NCBI RefSeq assembly: GCF_964204645.1
Contig: NW_027437473.1
Location: forward strand, 4,001-68,000
Length of the DNA: 64,000 nucleotides
Direction: 5' to 3'
Source: Tubulanus polymorphus
Lineage: Eukaryota; Animalia; Nemertea
Numbering within the stretch: the first letter of the stretch is position 1; each line of letters starts with the position of its first letter. A model generated the notes under the pieces. It worked only from the letters and a program-made list of their open reading frames with translations, was not told where the DNA came from and did not search any database. Shown piece after piece: positions 1 to 14,200 of the stretch. A program made the translations under genes and the position numbers.

Positions 1-41
1 AGTGCTGCTGTTGTTGCTGCTGCTGCGGTGTGTATCTCATC
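1..41 (-). CDS. Possible start of an exon of a neighbouring gene running off the window edge (MRYTPQQQQQQQH..., poly-Q)
   Basis: The minus strand reads ttactctcagttacag|gATGAGATACACACCG(CAG/CAA)n: an acceptor-like site followed by a CAG/CAA run. The frame is uncertain. Confidence 0.25.
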
Positions 42-479
42 CTGTAACTGAGAGTAAAACAGTAATTTTTAGTTCAAAAATAATTCAAAATATCAACAGA
101 GACTGTGAAGAATTCTGTGGAGAAATTCATTACCAGTTTTATACTTACCTTAAATGCGCCTGTTTAAATAGTAAATTCTATTGCATTCATTTCATTCTGA
201 AAAGAAAAAGAAACAATAATCAGTGACAATAGAGCAGAATGTAACATCTCAAATTATCAATCAATCAGACAGAAACAGTACAGGATTTCTGTAGATTAAA
301 CTGCTGTACTTATTTCATACTGATTGTACAGTTACAGATACATGTAACATTGTGTACAGATACAGAGTACAGATCACTGCATTACTTCATCCTGTGATTG
401 AACAGGGATTTAATGTTCTCTCATCTTCATTAGATTCCCATCCGTCTAACTAAAACATCAGAACATTTTAACTCATCTA

Positions 480-600
480 ACCTCCCGACCCTCCCAGACC
501 CCTTCCCTCCCGCCCTCCCAGACCCCTTCCCTCCCGCCCTCCCTCGCCCCTTCCCTCCCACGCCCTCCCATCATAGCCCTCCCTCAATGCCCTCCCATCA
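480..600. repeat. C-rich low-complexity / short tandem repeat
   Basis: Imperfect repeats of ccctcccagaccccttccctcccg. Confidence 0.7.
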
Positions 601-1199
601 TGCCTCCTCAACTCTCTTGTCTCCTCTTCACACACCACTCATCTGTACAATAACTACAAAACGATTTGCCATTTTTCACGATCATATCAATTTCATTTAT
701 AAATCAAAATCCTTAATCAATTGCATCATTGATGGGACTCACAGATACTGTCTCTACACATTTTTGAGGCATTCAGATGACCTCAAATGATCATATGCCT
801 GGGTTGGTCTTGAAAATCACATGGCTTCATTTTTACAGATGATTTCTTTATCAATTTCATCAAATTATTCCTATTATTTCTACTCCCTCTAATAAGTATT
901 CACAATATATCTCAGTTTCACGACAAGTTGCAGCAGTCGTCTGTAAACAGATTTCATTTCATCAAATGATGCGAGTTTGAGTTATAGAGGTTGCATCTAC
1001 AAAACATCAAGCCAAATCCGAGGAACCTAATGTTGTAAGGGAGGGGGAGGTATACGGAGGGTTCACCCGAACCGAGGAAATAAGCCCGAACCAAATCTCC
1101 ACAAAAATATTGTGGGAAGGGCAAACACAAACCAAGGACAAGAATGATGGCTGAGATCAAAACAATTAATCTAAGAGTACATTCGCTTCCGATCTCATT

Positions 1200-2810
1200 T
1201 CGCCGTTCACTTACATCGCCTGCCCAGTCTCTAACAGGACAGCTTTCGAACCTTTCAACTCTTTCGCCATAACGTGTACTGAGTTCCATATTTCAAATCT
1301 TTGTGATCGTCGGATCCGTGATCACCGAATGTTTCGACTTTCTCCACCGCGCAACCGGAAACCGCGTCCGATGTGTTTTTTCGCGATGTTATATCTCTAT
1401 GTAGCGCGACATGATGCTTTCTGTTGCATATTCTGCAGCCCATCGATCGGCAATTCGCACTTCCGTGACCGAGGAGCAAACACACGAAGCATAATTTCTT
1501 ATTTCTTACTACCTCGTGACGTTGTTCGATATTCAACGGACAGCTGCTCGCCACGTGGCCGTTTTCGGCGCAAAAGTAGCAACCCAAATTAGCACCTTTC
1601 GCGAACATTTCGGCGCTACAACTTGGTCTCGATTTAGCATGCTTCTGAGAATACGGTTTTCGATCTGTCGGTTGCGACTCACAACTTTCGCCCAAATTTT
1701 CTAGCTGTTCCGTTAAACTTGCCAGATATTTTTCCACGTCAAATTTATCGCCTTGACCGCACGTTCCGATCTCTTTTGGTACTTAACGTTCAATCAGCGG
1801 TACTATAAACGAAGCGCACTGATCAATTTGAATACCGAGGTGTTGTAACGATCGGATGTCACCTTTGATCTGGTTTATAAAATGACGCAGAGACGAATAA
1901 TTAAACGACGGTGTTTTTATATCGACCACATTGTTCACGTGAGCTCTTACGATTTTCCGAGGTTGCCCGTAACTTTCTTTCAGCGTGGCGATTACGTTCT
2001 CTAAATTGTCCGATGATGTAGTTGAATTTTGTGATATTCGGATAGTTCGATTTCAAAATATCCGTTTCGATTGTTTCCCAAAACGACGCCCATTCGGTGA
2101 AATTGCCATCGAATGTCGGCAAATTTAATCGCGGCAATTTAGCGGTCGGTAACTTCTGCTCATCGTGTTTTATAATCGGTGATCTTACGGGTTCCTGTTT
2201 CTGTCTAAATCTCTTAATCGTGAGCAGTTTCTTGCGTTGCTCAATGCGATTCTCGACGATCTCATGCAAATATGCGGCGAACTTATCTGGCTGATTCTCG
2301 CAAGCCTGCTCCAGCGCTTCGTTCGTCACATTACATTTTTCATACAGTTATTTCAATTCCTCGAGCGACGTGAATTCCGTCCTCTTCACTCACAGATTTC
2401 TTCTTGAGAACATTCTCCGTTCTCCGATATTCTCTATCGAAAGCCGTTTGAAGCGCGCCAACTTTCGCCTTCAAATTCGCTATTACTGTGTCTGTCTCTG
2501 CCATCCTGGTCACGGCACCATGAAGTTAATAGTGGTAACTTATAACCAGCGTTGTCGGTCGCAATAACTGTTGACCAGGGACGGCTAAAGGCTGAGACAA
2601 GACCGGGAGCCTGGGAGAGTAACAAGTCCGAACACGTTGGTTTCTTGATGTTAACTGATGATATTTATTTTGTACTACACTAACACAAACTAAAAATAGG
2701 TCACAGTCACAGTTCTCGGCCACCCAGGGGTCAGTTACTATGGCCAGCATCTGGCATGGATTAGCTATCTTACATGATGGCCCACCGAAATACCCTCAGA
2801 ATTAACTACA
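1200..2810 (-). mobile_element. Degenerate BEL/Pao LTR retrotransposon: putative 5' LTR, PBS and frameshifted gag; boundaries approximate
   Basis: ORF 1901-2329 contains LPRLNLPTFDGNFTEWASFW...TKFNYI (Pao gag, DUF1759-like). ORF 1255-1737 has the three Pao zinc knuckles CYFC..H..C, CFVC..GH..C and CRIC..HH..LH. The gag is broken into several frames. Confidence 0.85.
2503..2520 (-). promoter_or_regulatory. Primer-binding site complementary to the 3' end of tRNA-His
   Basis: The minus strand reads ...aacttCA|TGGTGCCGTGACCAGGAT: an LTR-like CA end directly followed by a PBS, upstream of gag. Confidence 0.75.
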
Positions 2811-4244
2811 GGTTTACGGCGATTCATCCAGTATTCACTACCCGTCTATTATCAAAAACAAATCATGATTTATTTCTAGTTTTATGAATTGCTTTTGCAA
2901 GAATTTGTTGATACCTGTGTAGTTGATAAAGGTTCACGGTATTATTGGTGTTACGTGTTTGTTGTTAGCCACATTAAAAAACAAGTAGCACTTGCAGACT
3001 TTTCACAAATAAGAAAATCAATATCCAGGATTTCCATAGACATTTCTCTCAAAGGCTTGATATTTAACTTTTCAAGTGGCCACATCCCACTCCAGATTGT
3101 CTTTGGAAAACAAAATTTTGAAAATGTTTAATCCAATGAACCCGAAATGATAACACAATTTTAAATGTAGTCAGATGGCGCTGTATAAAATACTATTATT
3201 TTAAAGTGAATAAAATCACGGGTTTTCTGTATTTTGAACTCCTCGTGATTTGAACTGGAAATCAGATGTGTTTTTAATTGTCAGGGATTTGAAACTGTGT
3301 TCCATGTTTGAACTGTTTATCTTGTAAATTAAATAAACTCATCTCCTTCAAATTAAATACATAAAAACATCCAATAATAAATTTTCTTTGACAAAAATGT
3401 GGAACTCTGGATTTTGTGTTTCACACTCAACGCTACAGAATAAATTCGATATCTTCCGATACAGATTCAATGACCTTCAGTAGAAAATGAGAAACATCTC
3501 GTGAAATGTGTCAAAATGCCCACGTGACGCGCGGGTCCCATCGAAACCGGTTTCATCTAGTTTACATTACGCATATTTCATACCAATTAGCCAATCATCG
3601 ACGAGTATGACTAATTATGCGTCCAATCATTAATGAGGATGTTTTGGAAGCTGGACCTGGTTTTAGCGGCAAACTCAATTATTCAATTTTCAAATTAAAT
3701 CATTTTGCTATTAGAGATGTGTGATTTATACCGATATATACTTCATGCAGTTCAGAATGGATTGATTTCTTCACTAGAGTCACCGCGCAGTTTATAGAGC
3801 GAAGATGGATTATGACCAGTGACCCCAATAGTTAGATAATATGAAATATGAAGCTTCATTGTGTTCGACAATTCTTGTCGTTCGCGCAGATTATTACATT
3901 TGGGTGTCTTGTATATGTTCGCACCTGGAGGTTATCGGGATGGTGTATGGTTTACCAGTCTGGACAGTGAGGTGCTTAAACTGTCTCCCGTAAACAATTA
4001 GACACCTCTTGCGAACATATTAGGATTTATTCTGAATGTTATCTCGCTGAAACGAAAGATAAACCGTTCTCAAAAACTGAGCCGTTACTGGAAATTCAAT
4101 GGAATTTGAATTGTCTTCTTGTTCAGGATTTATTTGGAATGAAATCGCGCTGAAACTAGTTCCGGATGGATATAAACTGTGCTCAATAAACTGAACTGTC
4201 ATAAAAAACACAAGGATTCAAATTGACTCGAGGATTATCATTGG

Positions 4245-5378
4245 ATTCATACATTACACACACAGGATTGGATAAACTGTAAGTTAGAAAAAACATTAAC
4301 AGCTGAAATTATGTTTTATAGGTTTAGTTAGTTATTAGGAACTTACTCGGTGAGTTAGTAAGTTATAGAAATGCATGAATATTAGTACAATTTCCAACGA
4401 AATGTGTAAGTTTAAGTAAAGGAATTTGGGTGCTATTTGCATCAGGGTCCTGTGGGTCTCTGGGTCTCTGGTCTTGCAGATAGAGAAAGCAGTTTGTTTA
4501 TTTCGATGCCTAATATATTTATTTTCACTAACGGTTTCACTAATGTCTCTGTCGGTCAAATAGATAAATAACAGGTTAGCCTGGCTGTATTGCGCAATGT
4601 TGAATTCAGTTGTACATGTATCATCATCAGGGTCACCGAAACCGGTTCTGTCCAGTTCAGGTCATCATTAGCTATGCGCGCCAATCAGAATTACTTATTG
4701 CGCCCCGCATCAATTATGCGGCCAATCGCCGGCCGCGATGACCAGCCGCGCACGAGCCGAGTGCAAAGCGAGCAAGGAACCCGCTTCATTAGAATCCGTC
4801 ACAATCGCGGTTTAATTTACATCATAAAACACGAAATTAAACGATAAAAAAACAATTCAGAAACGATAAAACTGATACGGATAAGATGAACGCGATTGTT
4901 AGGTGAGTTTGTCGAGATTTCCGCATCGCAAATTTCAACATATTTACGTGAATTCACGGAATTCGGAATCGATTCAATCGGAGTTCAAATTAAATCCGGA
5001 TTATTGCGATATTACAACAAACTGCGCTCATAACAAACTGTGAACTATTATCAAAAACACGAGGATAAAAACTGACTATAATTCTGAGGATCCCTGGATT
5101 CATACATTACACACACAGGATTGGATAAACTGTGAGTTAGAAAAATATTAACAGCTGAAATTATGTTTTATAGGTTTAGTTAGTTATTAGGAACTTACTC
5201 GGTGAGTTAGTAAGTTTTTAGAAAGGCATGAAAATTAGTACAATTTCCAACGAAATGTGTAAGTTTAAGTAAAGGAATTTGGGTGCTATTTGTATCAGGG
5301 TCCTGTGGGGTCTCTGGGTCTCTGGTCTTGCAGATAGAGAAAGCAGTTTGTTTATTTCGATGCCTAATATATTTATTT
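4245..5378. repeat. Local ~270-bp direct duplication (about 4245-4525 and 5095-5378), also present in copy III
   Basis: attcatacattacacaca...gggtctctggtcttgcagatagagaaagcagtttgtttatttcgatgcctaatatatttattt occurs twice. Confidence 0.8.
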
Positions 5379-7021
5379 CAGGATCCTGTATTTTACGCTT
5401 CTATTTCCAGGGTTTCTCTCTATTTTCAGGTGTTTTCCTTTTATTTCAGAATTTCCGTTTTTTCTAATCTTTTGTTTTATAAGAAAACGACTTTCATGTA
5501 AAAACGTTTAGTTGAAATAAAAATGACAATTTCAGGGTCATTGCTGAGACAAGACCCCAGAAGACTAGGCCACAGAGTACGTGTCTTCACCCCCAGCACA
5601 CAACAGAGTGGCCCGATTCAGGTGCGGCCTGTATGTTCTATTTCAGTGTGAAGAACAAGACCCCCTAGTCACAGAAGATTGAATCTGAAGTTGAATGATG
5701 ATGACAGAGTGACTGAAGAATTCCGGTGCGACCTGTATAACATGTCTCTATTTCAGTATCCCCCTCCCTAACCCCTAAACCCGAGCCCGAATAGGTAGGC
5801 CGAATATAGGTTAGGTTAGAATAGTTAGTTGATAAATCTGTGAATTAGAACATAATTTCAGCTGTTTATATAAAATACAGTTGTTATTTCAAGTGGAACT
5901 TTTTAACAATAAAAGTTGCATTTATTTACAATTGAACTGGATTGAAAATGTTTGACAGTTTGTGAGTTAAGTGTGATTTGATTAAGATGAAGCGTTGAAC
6001 TGTTGAACTCTACTTCTTATAAAATACAAATGACATTTACAACTGGTTTCAGGTTCAGACAGCACCCCACCCCACCCGGTCGGGTCCTATTCCTGAGGTA
6101 CCTGGGTTTCTGGTTTATTTGGTTGAATTAATTTACTGATTTTGGTCGCGCTGTTTTTGATGTCGATATTTCTCGCGTATATTTTTAGGAGACGCGGTTT
6201 TTTTAATTGATGATTCAAATCATTGAACGATTATTATATTTAAATCATTCACACCTTGTTATTTTGAGGTCTCCTCTCAAATTAATCTCGTAATAGCAGC
6301 GGTTGTTTTTGTACCATTGAACATCAGTGTTTTATTGCAAACATAGAAATCCATTACATAAAACAGAATTAGATTCAACAATTTATTACAATTATTCTAT
6401 ATGTAGATTATAAATGTTGGATGTGGCTACGAACTTTTTAAGTCATCATTTTGAAGTCATTTCGTGTTGTTTTATTTTCCTCACGCCGATTCTAGGTAGG
6501 TCTCTGTGTATTGTAATTTCGCGAGGTCAGTTCCTCCAATTTCACAACCTTCTCGTTGTCGATAAAATTAAATTTCAAAGTTTTAAAATTCACTGTTTGA
6601 ATTCGTTATAGTTGTGACAATAAACTCAACCAAACGACCATTTCAAATTACGTAGCTGAATTAGAAATAGGCCTGAAACAAACTAAGGCTCCGATGTAAA
6701 TGTAACGACTTATCAAAATGAAATTTAATTTCACTTCTTTCAGGTTTTGGTGTCTGTGAAGAGTTCACATGCTACTCATTGCTTCCTCTAAGATGGCGGA
6801 TGTTTATAGGTTATAGGATGGATATTCTCCTCCTCCACTAGGAGGCGCTGTAGGTAAGTCGCGGCACAACAATGTTGACAAAATAGAACAAATTCAGCTG
6901 GTAAATTTTGATAGCGTTGATAGAAGAGAAAGTTTTTAATTTATTTCTGGCGGTGGCAATTTAGATCAGGTCTGATTAGAAACTGTTGTAATCAGAGAAT
7001 AATAGCGGGTAGTCAGTGAAG

Positions 7022-8142
7022 AGTCACCACATCTGACTGGTCGCCAGTCACCACAACCTGACTGGTCACTGGTCACCACACCTGACTGGTCGCCAGTCAC
7101 CGAACCTGACTGGTCACTGGTCACCACACCTGACTGGTCACTGGTCACCGCACCTGACTGGTCACCAGTCACCGAACCTGACCGGTCACTGGTCACCACA
7201 CCTGACTGGTCACCAGTCACCGAACCTGACTGGTCACCAGTCACCGAACCTGACTGGTCACTGGTCACCACACCTGACTGGTCACCAGTCACCGAACCTG
7301 ACTGGTCACCAGTCACCGAACCTGACTGGTCACTGGTCACCGCACCTGACTGGTCGCCGGTCGCCACACCTGACTGGTCACCAGTCACCACACCTGACTG
7401 GTCACTGGTCACCACACCTGACTGGTCACCGGTCACCGAACCTGACTGGTCACCAGTCACCGAACCTGACTGGTCACCAGTCACCGAACCTGACTGGTCA
7501 CCAGTCACCGAACCTGACTGGTCATTAGTCACCACACCTGACTGGTCGCCGGTCGCCACACCTGACTGGTCGCCAGTCACCACACCTGCTGACTGGTCGT
7601 CGGTCACCACACCTGACTGGTCACCAGTCACCACACCTGACTGGTCGCCGGTCGCCACACCTGACTGGTCACTGGTCACCGCACCTGACTGGTCGCCTGT
7701 CACCGAACCTGACTGGTCACTGGTCACCACACCTGACTGGTCGCCGGTCGCCACACCTGACTGGTCGCCAGTCGCCACACCTGACTGGTCACCAGTCACC
7801 GAACCTGACTGGTCACCAGTCACCGAACCTGACTGGTCACCAGTCACCACACCTGACTGGTCTTCGGTCGCCACACCTGACTGGTCGCCAGTCACCACAC
7901 CTGCTGACTGGTCGTCGGTCACCACACCTGACTGGTCACCAGTCACCACACCTGACTGGTCGCCGGTCGCCACACCTGACTGGTCACTGGTCACCGCATT
8001 TGACTGGTCGCCTGTCACCGAACCTGACTGGTCAATGGTCACCACACCTGACTGGTCGCCGGTCGCCACACCTGACTGGTCGCCAGTCGCCACACCTGAC
8101 TGGTCACCAGTCACCGCACCTGACTGGTCACCGGTCACCACA
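7022..8142. repeat. 24-bp minisatellite with 12-bp subunits, about 1.1 kb
   Basis: Unit gtcaccacacctgactggtcacca and variants. The paralogous array at 49418-49670 is only ~250 bp. Confidence 0.95.
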
Positions 8143-8185
8143 CTAACCAGACAAACTTACAAACTCGGTCAGTCACTACTGATCT

Positions 8186-8246
8186 ATGGTCCAGTGGTCA
8201 ACATGCTCGGCTGGTATCCTGAGGATCGGAGGTTCGAGTCCTGCTA
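8186..8246 (+). mobile_element. tRNA-derived SINE head or tRNA pseudogene fragment
   Basis: A-box-like TGGTCCAGTGG (TGGCCCAGTGG in copy III near 49715) and B-box GGTTCGAGTCC at tRNA-like spacing. No complete cloverleaf is evident. Confidence 0.55.
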
Positions 8247-9000
8247 GGGTTAGGATCGAACTAGGATTAGGGTTACCAGAGCTAGGGTTAGGGAGATTTC
8301 AGGGTTATTTCTGTTCTTCCCAGCATGTCGTTTTGGTGAAGAAGGCGTAATTTATTACCGGGGGCGATCGGGTCTGATTAGAAATTGTTGAAATCAGAAA
8401 GATCATAACTTTTTGATATTTCACAAGCAAGATAAACTTGTTCGACTTTTATAAAACAGAAGTAGACCGTATGACGTAAACATCAAGCGATTGAAATATT
8501 CACTTAACTTTTATTTAGCAAAAAATCCTCGAGATGATTTTGTTTGCTAGATTTAAGTTGTTCAATTAAACAACGTAGTATTCAAAAATGATGGTAGTTT
8601 TGTTTTTATAATTTTCAATATAAATGGTGGGACTTACTTTTTAGAATATTTGACAACGCAATCGATGCTTCAAAAAATACCGATAGAAAAGGAGGAATTA
8701 GATATATTTATTACATAATTACATATAATTTTCTGACCGATTAGAGGGATTGAGATCGGCCCAAGTGGAATTCTAATATGAGGAGCAAACTAAGGGCAAT
8801 AGCAGCGGTAAATATCAGTAAAAATGGATGTCTAATAATAGTTTATCGCAGTTACCCGAATATTTTAAAATCTGTGTTTAATTCTATCGTTGCGAGGAAA
8901 AATGAAATTGGTTTTTTCAAAATGAAAATTGTGAATTGAAATGCTTCGAAAGTTGGTTTACGGTTTTTAGGAGAATGCTATCATTACTCACAGTGATCAT

Positions 9001-9150
9001 CTTAGTCGCGACCCGGATGACAGTTGTGTCGTCTCTTAGTCGCGACCCGGATGACAGTTGTGTCGTCTCTTAGTCGCGACCCGGATGACAGTTATGTCGT
9101 CTCTTAGTCGCGACCCGGATGACAGTTGAGTCGTCTCATAGCCGCGACCC
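9001..9150. repeat. 34-bp tandem repeat, ~4.5 copies
   Basis: Unit cttagtcgcgacccggatgacagttgtgtcgtct. Confidence 0.9.
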
Positions 9151-9314
9151 GTCTCTTAGACCGGGCCCAGTCCATAGAAATGAAAACTTGTGTTAGATTA
9201 GACCGGGCCCAGTCTATAGAAATGGAAACTTGTGGTCCAATCTCCTCGCAATGAAAAATGCCCAGCTCCAAATAAACACCACACAACAATCTGTATAAAC
9301 TAGATGAGGCGTCT

Positions 9315-9545
9315 TTATTTACAGCAGAATATATTGGGCTTGAGGGGACTGCCCAAGCCCCAAGCGATCATTATTTTCAGCAGAATATATTGGGCTTGAG
9401 GGGACTGCCCAAGCCCCAAGCGTACATTATTTGCAGCAGAATATATTGGGCTTCAGGGGACTGCCCAAGCCCCAAGCGATCATTATTTTCAGCAGAATAT
9501 ATTGGGCTTGAGGGGACTGCCCAAGCCCCAAGAGTACATTATTTT
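9315..9545. repeat. 56-bp tandem repeat, 4 copies, with an internal hairpin (gggcttg/caagccc)
   Basis: Unit ttattttcagcagaatatattgggcttgaggggactgcccaagccccaagcg.. There are about 3 copies at 27364-27550 and one partial copy near 50907. Confidence 0.9.
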
Positions 9546-10508
9546 CACAAAACAAACAACACTCTTCACCATCAAACACCCTTTTCCTCTTAACTGACTC
9601 CATTCAGCTGCATTGCTTCATCCATGGCAAAGATTTGAGACATGATTTTAAAACAACACCCATTAGGCTAAACAAAAAGATGCCTTGTTTCTCCGCAGCG
9701 GCCGGGTCATTTTTTTTAAATATGAAATTTATAAACAGTTCATTTCTATAGCGGCCGGGTCTGTTATGGTAAAATTGATCACGATTTAAAAAAAAGTAAT
9801 GTATAGGGTAGATAGGCGGCCGGCCGGGTCAACATTTAAGCTCAGCAGAGCCGAGAAACAAGGTATCAATTTTTTTAGCCTTATTGTCGTTTCCAAGGAT
9901 ATTTTGAGCAAACCTAAATTTGAATCATTAGCTGCAAATGAAGTCATGATCATTTCATCAAAATACAATGGATTTATACGGGATATGATGATTCCAGAAC
10001 TATTAGTGGTCGGACTACTAGATTTTCATTTTATTTGTAGCTTTTTTCTCTGCCCAAAAACGGGTAGAGCGACCCGGAAAACATAGGAATCGATACCAGT
10101 ATCACTTTTCTGTTACAACTCAAGATCGGACTGTAACCAAAATAATTTCATAGGCATTTTCCGCCTTGGTTACCATGGAGACAGTCAACAATGTTGGAGT
10201 ACAACCTTTAACAGTATGTGCTTCCATGGTAACGGAGTTTGTTTGATGTTGATGTCTCACAGCAACAGGAAAGTCGGTTATCCATTTATCCATTAATTGA
10301 AAGGATGGAGACATCCAAATCTATGGTGTCATAGCAACGACGTTTCAACAATGATGGTCATTATGATTCGTCATATGAAACACGGGCAATAAATGAATTA
10401 TGTTATTATTTAGTTAACTAAAACTGATTAATATAATTCCCGTGTCTTTGCATTAACAGAAATTTTCAGCCCTGTAAACAGCGCCCAGATTAGGTTGCTA
10501 GGCAGCAG

Positions 10509-10782
<274 letters not shown>

Positions 10783-11221
10783 TTGCTGACGTGCAAAAGG
10801 TTAACAACCTTTTAAGGTAAATTTGCAATATATTTGACGATTTTCCTTCCTAACGAATACCTCGCATTTAGCGCCCCCTATAGGTCGAAAGTGAAAAATC
10901 ACATAGTGGCAGACAGGTGTTTCAGGGGGTGGGGGAGTCTCACCTTTCATTTAAGCCCAGGTGCCAAGCTCTACCCAAAAATGCCCAAAGATTGGTCTTG
11001 GATAGCTAGGTTGAGACCTTCTCTGTCCCGTACAGTGAATAAACATTGGTTAACAATAAAATAGACACGAAATACACAATTATATAAACAATTGACTACA
11101 GCGAGCAAGATAAAAATAGTGAAACGATTAAAATCAGTAAGAAGAGAACAAAAATTGAAAAGATACATGAAGTAATAATTAGTCCATATCTCACACTTGA
11201 CGATATCTTGTGTGGTCGAAT

Positions 11222-14200
11222 GACGGTAAAATTATGGCCATCATTAACAACATGAAGCACCATCTTAGTGGCTATGCAGATTTTGATGAGATATTGAATC
11301 GTCTAGTTTGATTAATCCTGTCAAATCATAATTCCTTGATAACAATTATTATTTAGCATCTTAAAATTATTTAGGAGGAGCTAATCCTTTCATATGCTCA
11401 TGGCTTTAGTTACTCGGTATGGTTTATTGCTAATAGTATGTGCTGTGATCACATATTTTCTACATCGTCAATTTTTCTTTGCTTTCATTGATTTTTTTGT
11501 GTATACATATGCGTACTATGTTCATAATGAGCGAAATTTATTATGTAACGGTGAGTGCCGTCGAAGTATTACTATCACGCTTCAATTCCACTAGCAGATG
11601 GCCAGTCATGCACATCCTGAGTTTATCGTAGGTTCAAGTAGTAAATATTATAAGGATTTAACGCAATTATCAAAGTTTGGATTATCAAACTTCTCCTTGT
11701 TTCATCTAAATATAAGGAGTTTTAATAAGAATTTTGAGAATTTGCAATTATATTTACACTCCCTCTGTTTCAATTTTGGGATCTTAGCTTTTACTGAAAC
11801 GTGGACTAAACTTCAACATGACAACAAGTCAATGTATAATTTGCCTGATTATGAGTCGATTTTCATAAGTAGACAGGATACGCGTGGTGGTGGAATAGCG
11901 ATGTTTGTCCACAACACCATTAAATTTAGGATACTGGATGATTTTACATGTGTAAATGACACATTCGAAAGTTTATTTATAGAAATCCAATTACCACATA
12001 ATATGTCAAAACATATTGTTGGCACTATCTATCGACCGCCTGATGCAAGTGTCAATAACTTTAATACTGATTTTCTACCACTCTTAGAAAACTTAACTAG
12101 AACAGGGCGTAAGTGCTTCATTTTGGGCGATTTCAATATAAATCTTTTCAACGCCGACTCTCATAAACCGACTGGAGATTTTATTTTTAATATGCTTTCA
12201 ACTGGTTTTACGAATTTAATAGATAAGTCAACACGAGTAACCGACAGATCTTCTACTCTTATTGACAATATATATTCAAACTGTTATTCTAGTTTCGATG
12301 CAATTTCAGGGATTCTGATCTATGATATATCTGACCACTTTCCAATTTTTGCAATTATGCCGGAAATCAAAGTCAACCATACATCAACTAGGACAGTTAG
12401 TTATCGAAAAATGTCAGATCATGATATCGCTCGATTTAAACGAAAGCTAATTGCACATGATTGGACTCATGTGTTTAATATCCATGATGCTAATGTTGCC
12501 TATAACTCTTTTTATGATGTATTCTATAAATACTACACGGAATGTTTCCCTATAATCAATAGAAAGTTTTCGATATATAGGGACAAGAAACACGGATGGT
12601 TTTCTAACGGTTTATTGATTTCTTTGAAAAAGAAGGATTCTCTTTATAGAAGATACCTGTCTAGTAAACTTCAAACTGATAGAGATATCTACAATAGATA
12701 TAGAAACGTTTTTAATACTTGTATCAAAAAGGCTAAAACGCTTCACTATAACTCTATGTTAAACAATGCGAGAGATCCCAAGGAAACCTGGAAAATAATT
12801 AATGACCTAATTAATAGAAAATCATCAAATTCTAAATATCCTGATGTTTTTGAACAGAATGGTGTTATGTACAAAAATAATGTTAGTATAGCCAATGAAT
12901 TTAATAAGTGTTTTGCACAAGCGGGTCCAAATCTAGCCAATGATATTTTACCTACTAACAAAACATTTTTTTCTTTTCTGGGTCCGCCACAACAAAATAA
13001 TATCTTTTTCTCTCCCACAGATTCTTTGGAAATTGAAAATATTGTTTCAAAATTTAAAAATAGTAATAACACTGGTCATGATGGTATCAATCAAAAGATC
13101 CTTAAGAGAGTAATTGACGCTATATCTCGGCCGTTAGCTCATATTTTAAATCTAAGTTTGATTAATGGACAAGTACCTGAATCCTTCAAAATATCTAAGA
13201 TATTACCTTTGTTCAAATCTGGAGATGTTTCACATTTTTCAAACTACAGACCAATATCAATACTCCCATGTATTTCTAAGATCTTAGAAAAAGTAGTTTA
13301 CAAAAGAGTTATAAGTTTTTTGGACAAGTATAAAATACTATCTCCATGTCAATTTGGATTTAGAAAAGACCATTCCACCAACATGGCTATTACTGTTATC
13401 ATAGATAAAATTATCAATAATTTAGACAATGGCAAATCAACTATAGGAATATTTTTAGACCTTTCGCGTGCATTTGATACAGTGAATCATGAAATTCTAT
13501 TGTCTAAACTTTGCCATTATGGCATCAGAGGTACGCCATTACTCTGGTTTAGAAACTATCTTTCAAACCGTTTTCAGACTGTTCTTTTTAAAGAGACTAC
13601 TAGCACTAGCTATCCTGTATTCTGTGGAGTGCCTCAAGGATCTATTTTGGGGCCGATCCTTTTCTTATTATATATAAATGACCTTGCAAACGCATCAAGC
13701 ATTTTTAATCTTATCATGTTTGCTGATGATGCTAATGTATTCACTTCTCATATCAATATTAATGAGTTAACTATAATAGTAAATACAGAACTACACAAAC
13801 TGAATATCTGGTTTCGGGCAAATAGGCTTTCATTGAATTTGAAAAAGACTCATTTCATGTTTTTCAGTCGTGCTAAACATAAACACTCAATTTCTATCAA
13901 AATCAACAATATGTCTATATCACAAGTCTCGACAACAAAATTTCTAGGCGTTCAAGTTGACGACCAGCTTACTTGGAAGTCACACATTAATAGCATCTGT
14001 ACTAAACTATCACGGTTCATTGGTATAATGGGTAGACTTTATGGAATTTTGTCAAAAACAACTTTACTGCAGTTGTATTATTCTTTCATTTATTGCCATC
14101 TCACCTATTGTAATATTGTATGGGGTAATACTTATCCTTCAAACTTAAGAAAGCTGGAACTTCTCCAGAAGAAAGCGGTCCGCATTATCTTTAAAACCGA

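Noticed and set aside
885-1215. 3' LTR matching the putative 5' LTR of the Pao element
   Set aside because: A purine-rich tract followed by TGTAAG is present on the minus strand, but the sequence does not match 2521-2810, so an LTR pair is not supported.
6966-8141. 391-aa (TGDQSGVV)n ORF resembling an ice-nucleation or antifreeze beta-solenoid
   Set aside because: It is the translation of a 24-bp minisatellite with no ATG start or unique domain, and the paralogous copy is far shorter and interrupted.
8186-8260. Functional tRNA gene
   Set aside because: A and B boxes are present, but no convincing acceptor or anticodon stems; better explained as a SINE head or pseudogene.
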